Source: Deferribacterales bacterium
Lineage (GTDB): Bacteria; Chrysiogenota; Deferribacteres; Deferribacterales; Geovibrionaceae
Direction: 5' to 3'
Length of the DNA stretch: 64,000 nucleotides
NCBI GenBank assembly: GCA_050253075.1
Contig: JBFWJS010000005.1
Location: 19,137-83,136 of the forward strand
The translations under genes and the position numbers were made by a program. Shown here in pieces: positions 31,271 through 40,192 of the stretch (position 1 is its first letter; each line of letters begins with the position of its first letter). The notes beneath the pieces are model-generated. The model was not told the DNA's origin. It made no database searches and worked only from the letters and a program-made list of their open reading frames with translations.

Positions 31271-32284
31271 TCAGCCTTTCAGCAGCTCAAGAGCTACGTC
31301 TTCTATCATGTCTTCCTGACCGCCCACAGTTTTACGTCTGCCCAGCTCTGTCAGTATATCCCTTGAAGGGATTCCGTATTTTTCAGCAGCCCTTTTTGCA
31401 AAGAGCAGAAATGATGAATAAACACCCGCATATCCGAGTGTGAGCGCGTCTCTGTCTACCCTGATAGGAGAATCCATATTCGGATATACGACATCCTGCG
31501 CAACATCCATCACACCGTAAAGGTCTATCCCCGTTGAAACATTCATCCTGTCGAGCACAGCCACAAGCACCTCGAGAGGCGTATTGCCCGCACCCGCACC
31601 AAGCCCGGCAGCAGAACCGTCTATGCGGTTTGCGCCTGCTTCGAAAGCAGCGAGGGAGTTCGCAACGCTGAGAGAGAGGTTCTCGTGTCCGTGGAACCCG
31701 ATCTCTGTCTCAGGGCGCAGCTCAGATCGGAGGAGACCTATCTTCTCCTTTACGTCTGAGGGGAGCATGTATCCTGATGAATCCGTACAGTAAACACACT
31801 GCGCACCATAGCTCTCCATCAGCTTCGCCTGAACGAGGAGCTCTTCGGCGGATATCATATGAGCCATCATAAGGAAGCCCACGGTATCCAGCCCGAGGTC
31901 GAGCCCTGCTTTTATATGCTGTTCGGAAATGTCTGCCTCTGTGCAGTGTGTCGCCACACGTACACTGCCGATGCCACAGTCTGCGGCACTTTTAAGGTGC
32001 TCCACAGTACCTATGCCCGGGACGAGGAGGACAGAAATCTTAGAATTCTTAACCTCTTTGCATACAGCTTTAAGGTATTCCTCATTAGTGTGTGCTGCAA
32101 AGCCGTAGTTTATAGAATCTCCGCCGAGTCCGTCTCCGTGTGTCACTTCGATGATGTGCACCTTGGACTCGTCCAGCCTTTTAGCAACTTCTATCATATA
32201 GTCCAGAGACATCTGATGCCTTTTGGCATGCATGCCGTCCCTGAGTGAAACGTCTATTAATTTAAGGTCTAAGCTCATTTTCAT
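31271..32284 (-). CDS. dmpG: 4-hydroxy-2-oxovalerate aldolase
   Basis: [46 protein letters not shown]. Confidence 0.95.
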   Translation of the reverse strand: MKMSLDLKLIDVSLRDGMHAKRHQMSLDYMIEVAKRLDESKVHIIEVTHGDGLGGDSINYGFAAHTNEEYLKAVCKEVKNSKISVLLVPGIGTVEHLKSAADCGIGSVRVATHCTEADISEQHIKAGLDLGLDTVGFLMMAHMISAEELLVQAKLMESYGAQCVYCTDSSGYMLPSDVKEKIGLLRSELRPETEIGFHGHENLSLSVANSLAAFEAGANRIDGSAAGLGAGAGNTPLEVLVAVLDRMNVSTGIDLYGVMDVAQDVVYPNMDSPIRVDRDALTLGYAGVYSSFLLFAKRAAEKYGIPSRDILTELGRRKTVGGQEDMIEDVALELLKG

Positions 32285-32289
32285 AACTC

Positions 32290-33189
32290 CTATTTAGCTG
32301 CAGCCGCTTTAAGCATGTTTGATGCGAAAAGCTCGCCAGTGTATAAAGCTGCAGAGGTCATTATGTCGAGGTTCCCTGCGTATATAGGGAGAAAGTCTCC
32401 GAGGCCTTCGATCTCGAGGAAGACAGACACTCTGTTTCCGTCAAAGACAGGGCCGTTCTTTATCCTGTAGCCGGGGACATACTTCTGAACTTCGCTGACC
32501 ATTTCGTGTATGGATTTTGTAATAGCTTCCTTATCCGGCTCGCCCACAGTGAGGCAATGGATAGTATCACGCATTAAAAGAGGCGGCTCGGCTGGGTTTA
32601 CTATAACGATAGCTTTACCCTTTGCGGCTCCACCTACCTTTTCAACGGCACGTGCCGTCGTAACGGTGAATTCGTCTATGTTCTGCCTTGTGCCCGGCCC
32701 GATAGATTTCGATGCGACAGTAGCCACGATCTCTGCGTATTCCACAGGCTGTACTCTGCTGACAGCCTTTACCATAGGAATGGTCGCCTGTCCGCCGCAA
32801 GTCACCATGTTCACATTGCTGTGCTCCGCCTGCATCAGCTCGCTCTGATTTATGACAGGCACACAGAAGGGCCCGAGGGCAGCAGGTGTCAGGTCTATCA
32901 TGACGGCTCCCTTTGCTGTCACCTTGTCAGAGTTTGCTTTATGCGCATAGGCAGATGTAGAGTCGAAGACGATCTTAATGTCGTCTGCTTCGATATGAGG
33001 CGCGAGACCGTCCACACCGTCGGCAGTGGTTTTGAGTCCGAGCTCTTTCGCTTTTTGCAAACCGGAAGAATCAGGGACAACGCCGACCATCCAGACAGGA
33101 TTGATAATATCGCTGCGCATAGCCTTGATCAGCAGGTCAGTCCCGATATTACCCGGGCCGATGATAGCAGCATTTATCTTTTCTTTCAT
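32290..33189 (-). CDS. dmpF: Acetaldehyde dehydrogenase (acetylating)
   Basis: [47 protein letters not shown]. Confidence 0.95.
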   Translation of the reverse strand: MKEKINAAIIGPGNIGTDLLIKAMRSDIINPVWMVGVVPDSSGLQKAKELGLKTTADGVDGLAPHIEADDIKIVFDSTSAYAHKANSDKVTAKGAVMIDLTPAALGPFCVPVINQSELMQAEHSNVNMVTCGGQATIPMVKAVSRVQPVEYAEIVATVASKSIGPGTRQNIDEFTVTTARAVEKVGGAAKGKAIVIVNPAEPPLLMRDTIHCLTVGEPDKEAITKSIHEMVSEVQKYVPGYRIKNGPVFDGNRVSVFLEIEGLGDFLPIYAGNLDIMTSAALYTGELFASNMLKAAAAK

Positions 33190-33270
33190 CAGACAGCTCC
33201 TTATTTAGCTTTCGTCTGCTCAGTCAGCAATCCTGTAAAACAGGGGATGCATATTGCCTCATGAACCTTA

Positions 33271-33293
33271 AAAGTTCCATAATCTGAAACTTT
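33271..33293. promoter_or_regulatory. Palindromic operator upstream of dmpF (putative IclR site)
   Basis: AAAGTTcCA-taatc-TGaAACTTT; 8 of 9 arm positions are complementary. Confidence 0.6.
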
Positions 33294-33897
33294 AATTTTA
33301 TATTATGAGAATATCCAATTAAAATCGACGTGTCAACTGAAATGAGCATAATTAATAATCATGTTTTATAATTTCGTATTCGTTCAAAAGTACACATCAT
33401 TTAGACGCTAATCTAAGTTATTAAAATACAAGTATTTTTATCAGGGAAATGTCAGAGAGGGTATAATTGTGTTTTTTACATGGGTGCATAAATATAAATA
33501 TTCGAAATATTAAATATACATTTTCAGCAATGTATTAGCCGTTTTACACATACATATATAAAGCAGTAATGATGCATCTGTCACAAAGCATAAAACAGGA
33601 TATGTCCATGCCTTCGGCATAAGCAAAAAAGGGATATATATGAAGCGATCATTTAAAAACAGCACCTAACATCGTTTGGTTTAAATGCATAAAAAGTTTC
33701 AGCAGGTAAAAAAGTACATTTTTACATATATTTAAATTTTATTATTTCAGAGTTACTTTTTAATGAACGATTGTCAGCATTAAAACGCTTAATTTTACCC
33801 ACAACAGCAATAATATATAATATATGCTCATTAACATATATAACCAAATCCATATACACCAATGAATTAAAATGCTACCAAAATACTATTTTAATCG

Positions 33898-33926
33898 TTG
33901 ACAGAGTTTAACTACTGCGGTTTAAT
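33898..33926 (+). promoter_or_regulatory. Sigma70-type promoter of cydAB
   Basis: TTGACA-17 nt-TTTAAT, about 45 nt upstream of the cydA start. Confidence 0.6.
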
Positions 33927-33970
33927 TAGATGTGTTATGCTACATATATATATTCTGCGGAGGTTAAATT

Positions 33971-35281
33971 ATGGACGCTATTGCACTGTCAAGGCTTCAG
34001 TTTGCCCTGACTGCCGGTTTTCACTGGATATTCGTACCGCTAACCCTCGGTCTTATCATCCTGGTCGCTTTTATGGAGACTATGTACGTGCGCACCGGCG
34101 ACAAGCTGTATCTGCGTATGACAAAATTCTGGGGGAAACTCTTCCTTATCAACTTTGCCATAGGCGTGGTCACAGGTATCACCCTTGAGTTCCAGTTCGG
34201 TATGAACTGGGCCGAATATTCCAAATACGTGGGAGACATCTTCGGAGCACCCCTTGCCATCGAGGCAACCGTTGCTTTCTTCCTTGAATCCACCTTCCTC
34301 GGCATATGGATATTCGGATGGAAAAAAATAAGTAAAAAGACTCACCTCTTTGCAGTATGGATGGTTGCCCTCGGGTCAAACCTCTCTGCTCTCTGGATCC
34401 TCATAGCGAATGCTTGGATGCAGCACCCTGTCGGATACGAACTTAAAAACGGCAGAGCAGAAATGGTTGATTTTGGAGCACTCATCTTTTCACCTTATGC
34501 ATGGTCAAAGTTCTTCCACTCGGTCTCTTCGGGCTGGGTTGTGGCTGCTTTCCTTGTTATGGGTGTTTCTGCCTATCACCTTCTACGGAAGAATGAAGTG
34601 GCATTTTTCAAAAAGAGCCTTAAATTCGGCGCAGTATTCGGACTGGCTGCCAGCCTCTTCCTCGCTGCCATAGGCGACACCAGCGCAGTGGAAGTTGCAC
34701 ACTATCAGCCTTCGAAATTTGCCGCAATGGAAGCCCTGTGGGAAACACAGAAAGGCGCTCCCGAATATCTCCTCGCACTCCCCGATTCTGAAAACGAAAG
34801 AAATACCATAGAGATACTTCCTATACCGAAGCTGGCGAGCTTCCTTGCTTTCCACGACTGGAACGCAGAGGTCACAGGTCTGAAAGACATACCAAAAGAC
34901 GAACGTCCCCCAGTGGGGCTGACATTTTTCAGCTTCAGGGCTATGGTCGGACTCGGCACATATTTCATTCTCGCCTGTATACTCGTCCTCTTCTACCTGA
35001 AAAAAGGGATAGAGAACAAGCCGTGGCTTCTGAAGATGCTCCTCTTCTCCATACCTCTGCCATACATAGCAGGCGAGCTCGGCTGGATAGTCGCCGAGGT
35101 GGGCAGACAGCCGTGGATAGTATACGGCCTGATGAAAACATCGGATGCAGTATCCGTAAACCTCACACCGGGGCACGTGATACTTTCGCTCATAGGATTT
35201 GTCGGCTTTTACTCACTTCTGGGCATCATCGACATATTCCTGCTCGTCAAATACTCTAAAAAAGGCCCCGAAGCGGCCTAA
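33971..35281 (+). CDS. cydA: Cytochrome bd ubiquinol oxidase subunit I
   Basis: RLQFA...FHWIF, EFQFG, FFLESTF, QPSKFAAME, AEVGRQPW. Confidence 0.97.
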   Translation: MDAIALSRLQFALTAGFHWIFVPLTLGLIILVAFMETMYVRTGDKLYLRMTKFWGKLFLINFAIGVVTGITLEFQFGMNWAEYSKYVGDIFGAPLAIEATVAFFLESTFLGIWIFGWKKISKKTHLFAVWMVALGSNLSALWILIANAWMQHPVGYELKNGRAEMVDFGALIFSPYAWSKFFHSVSSGWVVAAFLVMGVSAYHLLRKNEVAFFKKSLKFGAVFGLAASLFLAAIGDTSAVEVAHYQPSKFAAMEALWETQKGAPEYLLALPDSENERNTIEILPIPKLASFLAFHDWNAEVTGLKDIPKDERPPVGLTFFSFRAMVGLGTYFILACILVLFYLKKGIENKPWLLKMLLFSIPLPYIAGELGWIVAEVGRQPWIVYGLMKTSDAVSVNLTPGHVILSLIGFVGFYSLLGIIDIFLLVKYSKKGPEAA

Positions 35282-35292
35282 GGAGGGACTAA

Positions 35293-36333
35293 ATGGAACT
35301 GACTACATTACAGATAATATGGTTTGGTCTATGGGGTCTCCTGTGGGCTGTTTATTTCATGCTCGACGGATTTGATTTCGGCGCGGGCATGGTAATGCCT
35401 TTCATCGCTAAATCCGACACGGACAACAGGGTGATAATAAACACTCTCGGCCCTGTGTGGGACGGTAACGAAGTCTGGCTCATCACTGCGGGCGGTGCCA
35501 CATTTGCGGCATTCCCCACAACATACGCTTATATGTTCAGCTGGCTTTACCTGCCGCTGCTCCTCATACTCTTTTCGCTGATATTCAGGGGCGTCGCCTT
35601 CGAATTCAGAGGGAAGAAAGACTCCGAAAGCTGGAAAAAAGGCTGGGATAAGGTCATCACTGTCAGCAGCTTCCTCGCTACGCTCCTTTTCGGTGTGGCG
35701 TTTGGAAACATTTTCAGAGGCATACCGATAAACATGGTGGACGGACAGTTCGTATACGAAGGTCACTTTTTCCTTCTGCTGAACCCTTATGCACTCCTCA
35801 CAGGCGTGCTTTTCGTCCTTCTCTTTGCTTTCCACGGTGCGCTCTGGCTCAGCTGTAAGACCACGGACGACCTCGCCCTTAGAGCAGCAGCAACAGCGAA
35901 GAAGATATTTGTCCCCCTTGTGGTGGTTGCCGTGGCATTCCTCGTCATGACACTTTTCTCCACAAAGCTGTACGACAACTATTTCAGCATGCCTGCATTC
36001 TTTATAGTTATTGCGCTCTGCGTGGCAGCTCTTCTCGCATCGGGATTTACCAAAAAAGTTACGGCTTTCGCACTCTCATGTGCAACGATCCTGCTGACTG
36101 TCTTCACTGGCATCATCGGGCTCTTCCCTAATTTGATACCGTCCAGCATAAACATGGATTATTCCCTCACCGCATTCAACACTTCATCCAGTCAGTATAC
36201 TCTGACCATCATGACTGTCGTGGTGGGCATCTTTGTGCCGCTGGTTATCGCTTATCAGATATGGACATACTACATTTTCAGGCACCCCGTCGCACCCGAG
36301 GACGTGGCAGACCCGGAAGTGGAATCCTACTAA
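35293..36333 (+). CDS. cydB: Cytochrome bd ubiquinol oxidase subunit II
   Basis: LDGFDFG, GPVWDGNEVWL, FAAFP, RGVAFEFR. Confidence 0.97.
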   Translation: MELTTLQIIWFGLWGLLWAVYFMLDGFDFGAGMVMPFIAKSDTDNRVIINTLGPVWDGNEVWLITAGGATFAAFPTTYAYMFSWLYLPLLLILFSLIFRGVAFEFRGKKDSESWKKGWDKVITVSSFLATLLFGVAFGNIFRGIPINMVDGQFVYEGHFFLLLNPYALLTGVLFVLLFAFHGALWLSCKTTDDLALRAAATAKKIFVPLVVVAVAFLVMTLFSTKLYDNYFSMPAFFIVIALCVAALLASGFTKKVTAFALSCATILLTVFTGIIGLFPNLIPSSINMDYSLTAFNTSSSQYTLTIMTVVVGIFVPLVIAYQIWTYYIFRHPVAPEDVADPEVESY

Positions 36334-36340
36334 ACATCAC

Positions 36341-36369
36341 AGCCCCCGCCTTAAAACGGGGGCTTTTTT
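36341..36369 (+). terminator. Terminator after cydB
   Basis: AGCCCCCG/CGGGGGCT stem plus T tract. Confidence 0.8.
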
Positions 36370-36430
36370 CACCCCTTGCATCCGACAGAAGCACAGGTTA
36401 ATATACTCCTCAAACAATCAGGAGTTAAAC

Positions 36431-36943
36431 ATGCTCGACATCCTCAGAAACAGACGCAGTGTGCGTAAATTCACCGATAAAGCCATAGAAGATAATAAGA
36501 TAGAAATATTAAAAAATGCCCTGCTGCTCGCCCCCACTTCCCGAAACATTGAGCCGTGCGAGTTCATAATGGTGCGGGACAAAGACACTCTGGAAAAGCT
36601 GTCTAAGCTGAAATCAGCAGGCTCGTCATTCATCGCAGGGTGCGACACTGCATTCGTGATATGCGGTGATACGGTGAAGAGCGACGTGTGCATAGAAGAC
36701 TGCTCCATAGCATCCATCGTGCTCCAGCTCACCGCCGAGACCATAGGGCTGAAAAGCTGCTGGGCACAGGTTCGCCTGCGCAGCGGGGAAAAGCCTTCCG
36801 AACAGTATGTCAGAGAGCTTCTGGGACTGCCCGAGAGCTTCACCGTCGTGTCCGTGATAGGCATAGGCTACCCCGCAGAGGACAGAGAGCCGAGGCCTGA
36901 CGACACGCTGAAACGTGAAAAGATACATGCCGAAAAGTTCTAA
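36431..36943 (+). CDS. Nitroreductase family protein
   Basis: RRSVRKF, APTSRN, DCSIA, GLKSCW, IGYP. Start follows a CAGGAG Shine-Dalgarno. Confidence 0.9.
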   Translation: MLDILRNRRSVRKFTDKAIEDNKIEILKNALLLAPTSRNIEPCEFIMVRDKDTLEKLSKLKSAGSSFIAGCDTAFVICGDTVKSDVCIEDCSIASIVLQLTAETIGLKSCWAQVRLRSGEKPSEQYVRELLGLPESFTVVSVIGIGYPAEDREPRPDDTLKREKIHAEKF

Positions 36944-37130
36944 GGCGGAGATAAGCAGACGATGCACGGGCTGCGGAGCCTGTATATCTAAATGCCCGCA
37001 GCGTGCCATAGAGTTTTTCACCGTGGAATACGTGAAGAAGGCACGGGTCATAGAAGAGCTGTGCGACGGATGCGAAGTGTGCATCCCCCACTGTCAGTTC
37101 AAAGCTATAAAAATGAATCTCAAGGACTGA
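36927..37130 (+). CDS. Small 2x[4Fe-4S] ferredoxin
   Basis: CTGCGACISKCP and CDGCEVCIPHC. Confidence 0.85.
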   Translation: MPKSSKAEISRRCTGCGACISKCPQRAIEFFTVEYVKKARVIEELCDGCEVCIPHCQFKAIKMNLKD

Positions 37131-37157
37131 AGAGCAGTCTTAGATTGTTCATTTCTC

Positions 37158-37256
37158 CTAAGATTGCTTCGCATTCGCTCGCAATGACAAAAGATACGTC
37201 ACTGCAAAGTCCGCAGGGCTGCGGCACTAGCCGAAGGCTGTACGAGTCCATGACAG
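37158..37256. repeat. REP-like intergenic repeat (AGATTGCTTCG...CTCGCAATGAC family) plus a degenerate second unit
   Basis: CTAAGATTGCTTCG and CTCGCAATGAC are shared exactly with 48463-48498. Confidence 0.7.
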
Positions 37257-37307
37257 TTATTGCCGAGCTAGTCTTATTACATACATTCAAACGGACATTT
37301 ATCGCAT

Positions 37308-37336
37308 AAAAAAAGCCGACTCGTGAAAGTCGGCTT
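37308..37336 (-). terminator. Terminator after the Fur-family gene
   Basis: A7 tract plus AAGCCGACT/AGTCGGCTT stem. Confidence 0.75.
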
Positions 37337-37360
37337 CTGCATCTGATTTATATATCAGAA

Positions 37361-37762
37361 TTAGTTGTTGCATTTGTGGCATGGGCTCTGCAGCATAACA
37401 GCCACACGCTCATACTTTCTGCCTGTCTGTCTCTGTGCTTCATCCATAAAAGGCTTTGTGTCGACATTCATAAGGTCTTCGACATTTCCGCACATTGGGC
37501 ATGTCACGTGGACATGATCGCCAGTATTGATCTCATAAACAGGCTTTCTGCCGTGGATAGGCACTTCTGTAAGGATATCTTCCTCGACCAAAAGGTGGAT
37601 ATTCTTATAAATAGTAGCGAGGCTCACGGATGAGTAGAAGTTCTTAACCTTTTCATGAAGGTCTTCCACACTTGCGTGACCCATTTTTTTAATCTCCTCA
37701 AGGATAAATATCCTCTGTGGAGTAACTTTAAGCTCTTTTTCTCTTAAAATCTTATCATACAT
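37361..37762 (-). CDS. Fur family regulator (PerR-like)
   Basis: KVTPQR, HASVE, SLATIYKNI, HVHVTCPMCG and a terminal CHKC. Start placed at MYDK. Confidence 0.9.
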   Translation of the reverse strand: MYDKILREKELKVTPQRIFILEEIKKMGHASVEDLHEKVKNFYSSVSLATIYKNIHLLVEEDILTEVPIHGRKPVYEINTGDHVHVTCPMCGNVEDLMNVDTKPFMDEAQRQTGRKYERVAVMLQSPCHKCNN

Positions 37763-37957
37763 TACACACTCTCCCGCATCACACGTTATATGATAGTACA
37801 CTTTGGGTTTTTGTCTACAGAAAAATATTATTAAAAGAACAATTTTTCTTAACAGTATTAGTTACAATAGATTTCTCTGTAACATTCTTGTATTTACGTT
37901 ATAATAGACATACGATTCTTAAATATCAATATTTTTATTCATATGAAAGGATAAACT

Positions 37958-38845
37958 ATGCTTAATAAACTATTTTTTACTATTATTATTCTTTTAGGAT
38001 TCTTTTCATTTTCCTATGCACAAAAAAACGTCGTAGTATCAACGACTCAGATATATGACTTTGCATCTCATGTGGCAGGCGGAGACATAAATGTCATCAG
38101 CATTCTCGCCCCCGGGCAGGACCCGCACACCTATCAGCCCGTACCGAAAGACATCGAGGCGGTGCGCAGTGCCGACCTTGTGATAGAGAACGGACTGCAC
38201 CTCGAGGGGAAGAACTGGATGAAAACCCTCGCCGAAGATGCGGGCAAACCGCTCATAACAGCCACAGACGGCATCAAACCGCTGATAATGGATAAGGAAG
38301 GTACAAAGGTGAACGACCCCCATGCATGGTTCACCCCCGCCAATGCCGCCGTATATACCAATAACATCACAAGAGCTATGATACAGCTGGACCCTGAAAA
38401 TAAAGACAACTACATAGCAAGGGCAAAGCTATTCCTCGCACAGCTAAAGGCTCTCGACGGATGGATACGCTCTGAGGTTTCTGTCATCCCCCCTGAGAAC
38501 AGAGTGCTGGTGTCAAACCACGATGCATTCCAGTATTTCGCAAAGGAGTACGGCTTTGTAAACACGGCCCCAATAGGCTGGAGCACGGGGAGCGAAGTGG
38601 GCGGAGGCGTCACACCAAAAAGGCGTGAGATGGTCGTCAGGTCGATACAGGAGATGAAGGTGCGCTCGATCTTTTTCGAAACCACCATAAACCCGAAGCT
38701 GATACGTGAAATAGCCAAAGACGCAGGCGTAAACATCGGCGGAGAGCTCTACAGCGATTCCATGGGCGACAAAGATTCCCCCGGTGAGACATACATAGGC
38801 ATGATGCGTGAAAACATTATAAAGATAGTGAGAGGGCTTAGATGA
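37958..38845 (+). CDS. Mn/Fe/Zn ABC transporter substrate-binding protein (TroA/MntA-like)
   Basis: Metal ligand motifs DPHTY, DPHAW, HDAF and YSDS. Confidence 0.92.
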   Translation: MLNKLFFTIIILLGFFSFSYAQKNVVVSTTQIYDFASHVAGGDINVISILAPGQDPHTYQPVPKDIEAVRSADLVIENGLHLEGKNWMKTLAEDAGKPLITATDGIKPLIMDKEGTKVNDPHAWFTPANAAVYTNNITRAMIQLDPENKDNYIARAKLFLAQLKALDGWIRSEVSVIPPENRVLVSNHDAFQYFAKEYGFVNTAPIGWSTGSEVGGGVTPKRREMVVRSIQEMKVRSIFFETTINPKLIREIAKDAGVNIGGELYSDSMGDKDSPGETYIGMMRENIIKIVRGLR

Positions 38846-39324
38846 GATTTATCCTCACAGGCGCAGTATGGGCGGTGATACTCTCAGCGGTATTCCTCGT
38901 CTTTTCCATACGGGCTCCCGAAGTGACAGCACATACAGTCGATACGGACAAGGGCAGGACATCAGTGTCGTTCGAGATAACCACCACATTCGGCGTGGAG
39001 AAGGACCCCTTCGCACTTGATATAGGCGACGAGGTATCTGCTTTCAGCCTGACACTGGACGGAGAGACGATATTCTCCGCACAGGAAGGCGTGCACGACA
39101 GAGTGCCCTTTGTCACCGTAGAGGCAGAGATACCATACGGGCAGCACGAGCTTTTCGTAAAGGCAAACCCATCGGAAAACGGCATATCACAGGCCGTACG
39201 TATAAAGGTGCTGAACCACGGAAACACTCTGAACGAAGAGACCTACTGGTTTCAGGCGGGGCAGACAGTGAACGCCTCGCACAAATTCACCATCGAAGAA
39301 AAGGATGATAAAAATGAACACTGA
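38842..39324 (+). CDS. Hypothetical membrane-anchored or exported protein in the metal ABC operon
   Basis: N-terminal hydrophobic helix, beta-rich acidic body; overlaps both neighbouring genes. Confidence 0.75.
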   Translation: MRFILTGAVWAVILSAVFLVFSIRAPEVTAHTVDTDKGRTSVSFEITTTFGVEKDPFALDIGDEVSAFSLTLDGETIFSAQEGVHDRVPFVTVEAEIPYGQHELFVKANPSENGISQAVRIKVLNHGNTLNEETYWFQAGQTVNASHKFTIEEKDDKNEH

Positions 39325-40060
39325 GCACGCAATACAGGTGCGTAACCTGACAGTCAGCTACGGGCCGAAGCCCGCTCTGCTGGACGTCAGCTTTGTCATA
39401 AATACAGGCGAACTGGTCGGCATCATCGGCCCCAACGGTGCGGGTAAATCCACACTGATGAAGGCTATCCTCGGCTTTGTTAAGCGTGACATCGGCGATG
39501 TTTATATATTCGGAAAACCCGTGGAGCAGACAAGGGGGATGGTGGCGTATGTTCCTCAGAGGGGTACGGTCGACTGGGACTACCCCGTGACAGTTTACGA
39601 TGTTGCCATGATGGGGCGCTACGGACACATCAGGTGGTGGCAGAACGAGACGAAAGAAGACCACGAGATAGTCGAACGCTGCCTCGAGATGGTGCGCATG
39701 TCCGACTTTAAAGACAGACAGATAGGTCAGCTCTCGGGAGGACAGCAGCAGCGTGTCTTCATGGCTAGGGCTCTGGCTCAGGGGGCAAAGATACTCCTGC
39801 TGGACGAACCTTTCGCAGGGGTGGACGCCGCCACGGAGAATGCGATACTCGATGTTCTCGCCGAAGCGAAAAAGGCGGGAATAACCCTTGTCGTAGTGCA
39901 TCACGACCTCGCAACGGCATCTGAGTATTTCGATAAACTGCTCCTCGTGAAGCAGAGACTTTACGCAGCGGGACCTCCGTCACTTGTTTTCCGTCAGGAA
40001 CTGTTGACAGAGGTATACGAAGGAAAGCTGAAGGTCTTCACCGACCTTATAAAGGATTAG
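39314..40060 (+). CDS. Metal ABC transporter ATP-binding protein
   Basis: [32 protein letters not shown]. Confidence 0.93.
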   Translation: MNTEHAIQVRNLTVSYGPKPALLDVSFVINTGELVGIIGPNGAGKSTLMKAILGFVKRDIGDVYIFGKPVEQTRGMVAYVPQRGTVDWDYPVTVYDVAMMGRYGHIRWWQNETKEDHEIVERCLEMVRMSDFKDRQIGQLSGGQQQRVFMARALAQGAKILLLDEPFAGVDAATENAILDVLAEAKKAGITLVVVHHDLATASEYFDKLLLVKQRLYAAGPPSLVFRQELLTEVYEGKLKVFTDLIKD

Positions 40061-40069
40061 GCATCCCTC

Positions 40070-40166
40070 GTCATCACGAACCCTAAAAGAGGGAAGTGAT
40101 CTTCTAACGCATTTGAGCGTTTAGACGTGGAAGACTGCCGCGGATGTACAGCATCCTCGCAGTGAC
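40070..40166. repeat. Composite multi-hairpin REP-like element inside the metal ABC operon
   Basis: GTCATCACGA-[CCCT/AGGG]-AAGTGATCT, a central AACGC/GCGTT hairpin, then AGACTGCCGC-[GGATG/CATCC]-TCGCAGTGAC. Confidence 0.6.
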
Positions 40167-40192
40167 TGAAACATACAGAAAAGGATTAAAAA

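Noticed and set aside
33200..33265. Possible remnant of a deleted hydratase gene upstream of dmpF (frame ending ...[12 protein letters not shown] before the dmpF Shine-Dalgarno)
   Set aside because: No start codon and no recognisable similarity to MhpD/DmpE.
33300..33890. Possible ncRNA or small gene in the long AT-rich spacer between dmpF and cydA
   Set aside because: No convincing ORF, stable structure or repeat; consistent with divergent promoter DNA.
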